This document shows positions 61,482 through 64,000 of a DNA stretch of 64,000 nt, piece by piece. The stretch is taken from positions 1-64,000 of the forward strand of contig CAVPRW010000010.1 in assembly GCA_963707985.1 (NCBI GenBank). The letters are read 5' to 3'. A program made the position numbers and the translations under genes. The notes under the pieces were generated by a model that saw only the letters and a program-made list of their open reading frames with translations, did not search any database and had not been told where the DNA came from. Within the stretch, counting starts at the first letter, position 1, and each line of letters starts with the position of its first letter. The stretch comes from an uncultured Nitrospinota bacterium (lineage in GTDB: Bacteria; Tectomicrobia; Entotheonellia; J063; CAVPRW01).

Positions 61482-62939
61482 CTAGAACCGCAACCGTGGT
61501 GGGCCTGACGTGGTCGACGGCCGAGATGCTCCCCCTCCGACGCGCCCATCCTTGTCCATGAGCCCTGTCACTAATTCTTGTCCTGCCTGGAGGCCATCGC
61601 TGATCAATTCGGTGAACTGGTCATCGCTAATCCCGAGACGCACCGCGACCGGGTGCAAGAACCCCTCTGGTGTCAGAATCCAGACCTTCGGCGTGTTCTG
61701 CCAACGCTTGCGCTGAGCTTCCGAGACCGCCGCGGGACCATCGCGAGACCCACCGTCGCGGCGTTCACGGAGGTATCGTTCAAGGTCCTCACGTTCTTCC
61801 TCGCTGAGCTTCGGCTGAAAGCGCAGGGCTACCTTGGGGATTTTCAGCACCTGCTCGCGCTGCGCGACTAGAATCGAGACACTGGCGGTCATCCCAGGTC
61901 TGAGCTTGAGCTCGGGATTGTTGACGGTGATCACCGTATTGTAGTTCACGACGCTTTGTACGACGATGGGTGCCTGACGGATCTCTCGTACGGTCCCTTG
62001 AAACGTTTGATTTGGAAAGGCATCGACGGTGAACGTCGCCGTCTGGCCGATCGCTACATTGCCGATGTCCGCTTCACTAACGTTGGTGTCGACCTGCATC
62101 TTAGTCAGATCCTGAGCGATCGTGAACAAGGTTGGCGCCTGGAGGCTGGCGGCCACCGTCTGGCCGATATCCACATTGCGCGAGATGACCGTACCATTGA
62201 TGGGTGAGCGAATGATGGTGCGGTCCAGATCGACTCGTGCCTGTTCCAATGCCGCCTGGGCTTGGCTGACCTGAGCTCTGGCTTTATCAACCTGGGCGCC
62301 AGCGCTGCGCAATTGCGCCTGGGCCGCCCGCAGTTTCGCCTCGGCCGCGTCGACTTGCGCTCGGGCGGCATTCCGCTGGGCCCCCGCGGTATCATAGGCC
62401 GATTGCGCCGCGTCGAGCTCGCTACGAGACGTGAGCTGGCGTGCGAAGAGCGTCCGATGACGTTCCAGATCGCGCTTGGCGTCGGCGCTCTCCACCTGTA
62501 CCCGCTCGACATTGGCACGTTGGTTGGCCACCTCGGCACGGGCATTTTCGATCGACGCCGCAACATTGACCACATTGGCCTGGGCGTTCTTGAGATCGGC
62601 ACGGGCGTTCTCCAAGCTCGCGTCCGCCTGGGCGACTTTGGCTCGGAAGCTCGCCTGGTCTAACTGGGCGACGACCTGCCCGTCGTGTACCGCGGAGTTA
62701 TAATCGGCAAAGAGCCTTTCTATGGTCCCTGAGATCTGCGTGCCGACCTGCACCATGATCACGGGATTGAGCGTGCCCGTTGCCGATACAAAGGCGGAAA
62801 TCTCTCCTTGCTCCACAGCGGCCAAGCGATAATTCGCCCCGTTCGGTTGCCCCCAAAAATACTCTCGACTCCCCCAGCCGGCGGTACCCAGCAGCGCGAG
62901 GGCGCCTAATGCCAGTCCAATTTTCCAATGTTTGAACAC
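61482..62939 (-). CDS. MacA-type periplasmic adaptor
   Basis: VQVGTQISG, GQTVAASLQAPTLF.IAQDL and LRPGMTA. Confidence 0.92.
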   Translation of the reverse strand: MFKHWKIGLALGALALLGTAGWGSREYFWGQPNGANYRLAAVEQGEISAFVSATGTLNPVIMVQVGTQISGTIERLFADYNSAVHDGQVVAQLDQASFRAKVAQADASLENARADLKNAQANVVNVAASIENARAEVANQRANVERVQVESADAKRDLERHRTLFARQLTSRSELDAAQSAYDTAGAQRNAARAQVDAAEAKLRAAQAQLRSAGAQVDKARAQVSQAQAALEQARVDLDRTIIRSPINGTVISRNVDIGQTVAASLQAPTLFTIAQDLTKMQVDTNVSEADIGNVAIGQTATFTVDAFPNQTFQGTVREIRQAPIVVQSVVNYNTVITVNNPELKLRPGMTASVSILVAQREQVLKIPKVALRFQPKLSEEEREDLERYLRERRDGGSRDGPAAVSEAQRKRWQNTPKVWILTPEGFLHPVAVRLGISDDQFTELISDGLQAGQELVTGLMDKDGRVGGGASRPSTTSGPPRLRF

Positions 62940-62945
62940 AGTGAC

Positions 62946-64000
62946 TTACTCCAACAAACCCATGGCCTTCCGTAACCGTGCTTCGGAGACTTTAAAATCC
63001 ACAATAGCTTGGATATTCTCACTCTCTGCCTGAGTCAATAAAAACTCGGCGTCCGTGACATCGATGAGTGGTCCAACGCCCACCTGATATCGGCCCTGTG
63101 CCAAAGCGAGGTTTTCGCGTGCTTGCTCCAGCAAGACCTCTGCGGTGCGGATGCGTTCGCGTGCCGACACTAGGTCCACGAAGCTTTGCTGCACCTCAAG
63201 CACGATATTCTGGGCGGTGATTTCCTCGCTGGCTTGCGCACTGGCGAGATTGGCGGCCGCCTGATCGACCTGCGAAAACAGCGGTGGGTTGAGGACTGGC
63301 ACTGTCAACGTACCCCCGACCGTCCAGTTGGGAGCCCACGGTAGTTCTTGGCCACGATAAGTCCAGTTGGCATCGGCGGAGAGGCTCGGGAGAAAGTTGC
63401 GCTTGGAGAGGGTGAGGTTCGCCTCTGCCGAACGAATGCGAGCGTTCAAAGCCCGGAGCTCGGTCCGATTTTCCAGGGCTATACGGGTGCTCTCTTCCAA
63501 GGTCGCCACCAGTTCCTCAGGGTTGACGGCCTGCGGTGGAATCTCCAATTCGTCGGGCACCCGGTAAAATGGATGCTCTGGCACCCCGATGGCGTTATTG
63601 AGAGCCGCAAAGTTCACGGCAACGGCGTTGCGCGCCCGCACCAGCGCGAGCTCGGCATTGGCGAGGTCCACTTGCGCACGCGTGACGTCGATTTTGGGGC
63701 GTGTTCCCACTTCATAGAAGCCCCGGGCGCGCTCCAGGAGCTGGATGTTGCGTTGCACCGCACCCTGATTGACATCGACCAGGCGACGGGCGAGCAAGTA
63801 GTTATAGTAAGCGGTCTGGACATTCAGCACCACATCCTGCCGGGTCGTGGACAGGTCGAATTTCGCCGCAGTTTGGTCGTCCCGGGCTGCCTGAACGTTC
63901 CACTCCCGACGGAACGAATCGAACACGTTCTGGCTGAACCGGGCCGCGAATTCCTGTCGGTCCACAGATGAATTACTGACACTCCGATTTGTGATGTTCC
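62946..64000 (-). CDS. TolC family outer membrane efflux protein (5' end beyond or at the window edge)
   Basis: V.TAYY, G.RPKIDV.RA and RYQVGVG.LIDV.DA. Confidence 0.85.
   Translation of the reverse strand, partial: NITNRSVSNSSVDRQEFAARFSQNVFDSFRREWNVQAARDDQTAAKFDLSTTRQDVVLNVQTAYYNYLLARRLVDVNQGAVQRNIQLLERARGFYEVGTRPKIDVTRAQVDLANAELALVRARNAVAVNFAALNNAIGVPEHPFYRVPDELEIPPQAVNPEELVATLEESTRIALENRTELRALNARIRSAEANLTLSKRNFLPSLSADANWTYRGQELPWAPNWTVGGTLTVPVLNPPLFSQVDQAAANLASAQASEEITAQNIVLEVQQSFVDLVSARERIRTAEVLLEQARENLALAQGRYQVGVGPLIDVTDAEFLLTQAESENIQAIVDFKVSEARLRKAMGLLE

Overview
GC-rich bacterial accessory region. The gene and IS repertoire resembles Candidatus Tectomicrobia or delta-proteobacterial soil genomes (inference only). 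1-4.4 kb: MetE-like gene, PhnE permease and a minus-strand sulfur-assimilation unit (small OscA/YezD-type ORF missed by the ORF track, putative attenuator, sulfite reductase, siroheme dehydrogenase/chelatase). 4.5-20.6 kb: a decaying integron that the ORF track does not reveal. It has eight attC sites with cassette-matched core sites, a candidate attI at about 17495, a roughly 300-nt branched palindromic element beside attI, and a divergent 5' remnant of a long-type IntI cut off by an IS1634. Its cassettes carry three toxin-antitoxin pairs, a FlaR-like kinase, MaoC, an OLD-like ATPase/TOPRIM gene (split by an IS3 that itself contains an IS5-like element) and a flavin monooxygenase. An IS110/IS1111 element sits inside one attC, and IS1595 ends bracket the whole block. 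20.7-33 kb: catabolic redox genes, many of them frameshifted. 33-39 kb: a MITE-like palindrome and a second TA/pseudogene patch. 40-53 kb: NRPS/PKS accessory genes with no megasynthase (HMG-CoA-synthase-like, cyclic-peptide ABC exporter, MbtH fusion, TEII, two DUF697, SPFH) and a broken RND pump. 53-64 kb: hydrolase, two chagasin-like inhibitors, MoaD and an Xdh-family molybdoenzyme, an oxidoreductase and MacAB-TolC-type genes. No rRNA, tRNA or CRISPR array was seen.
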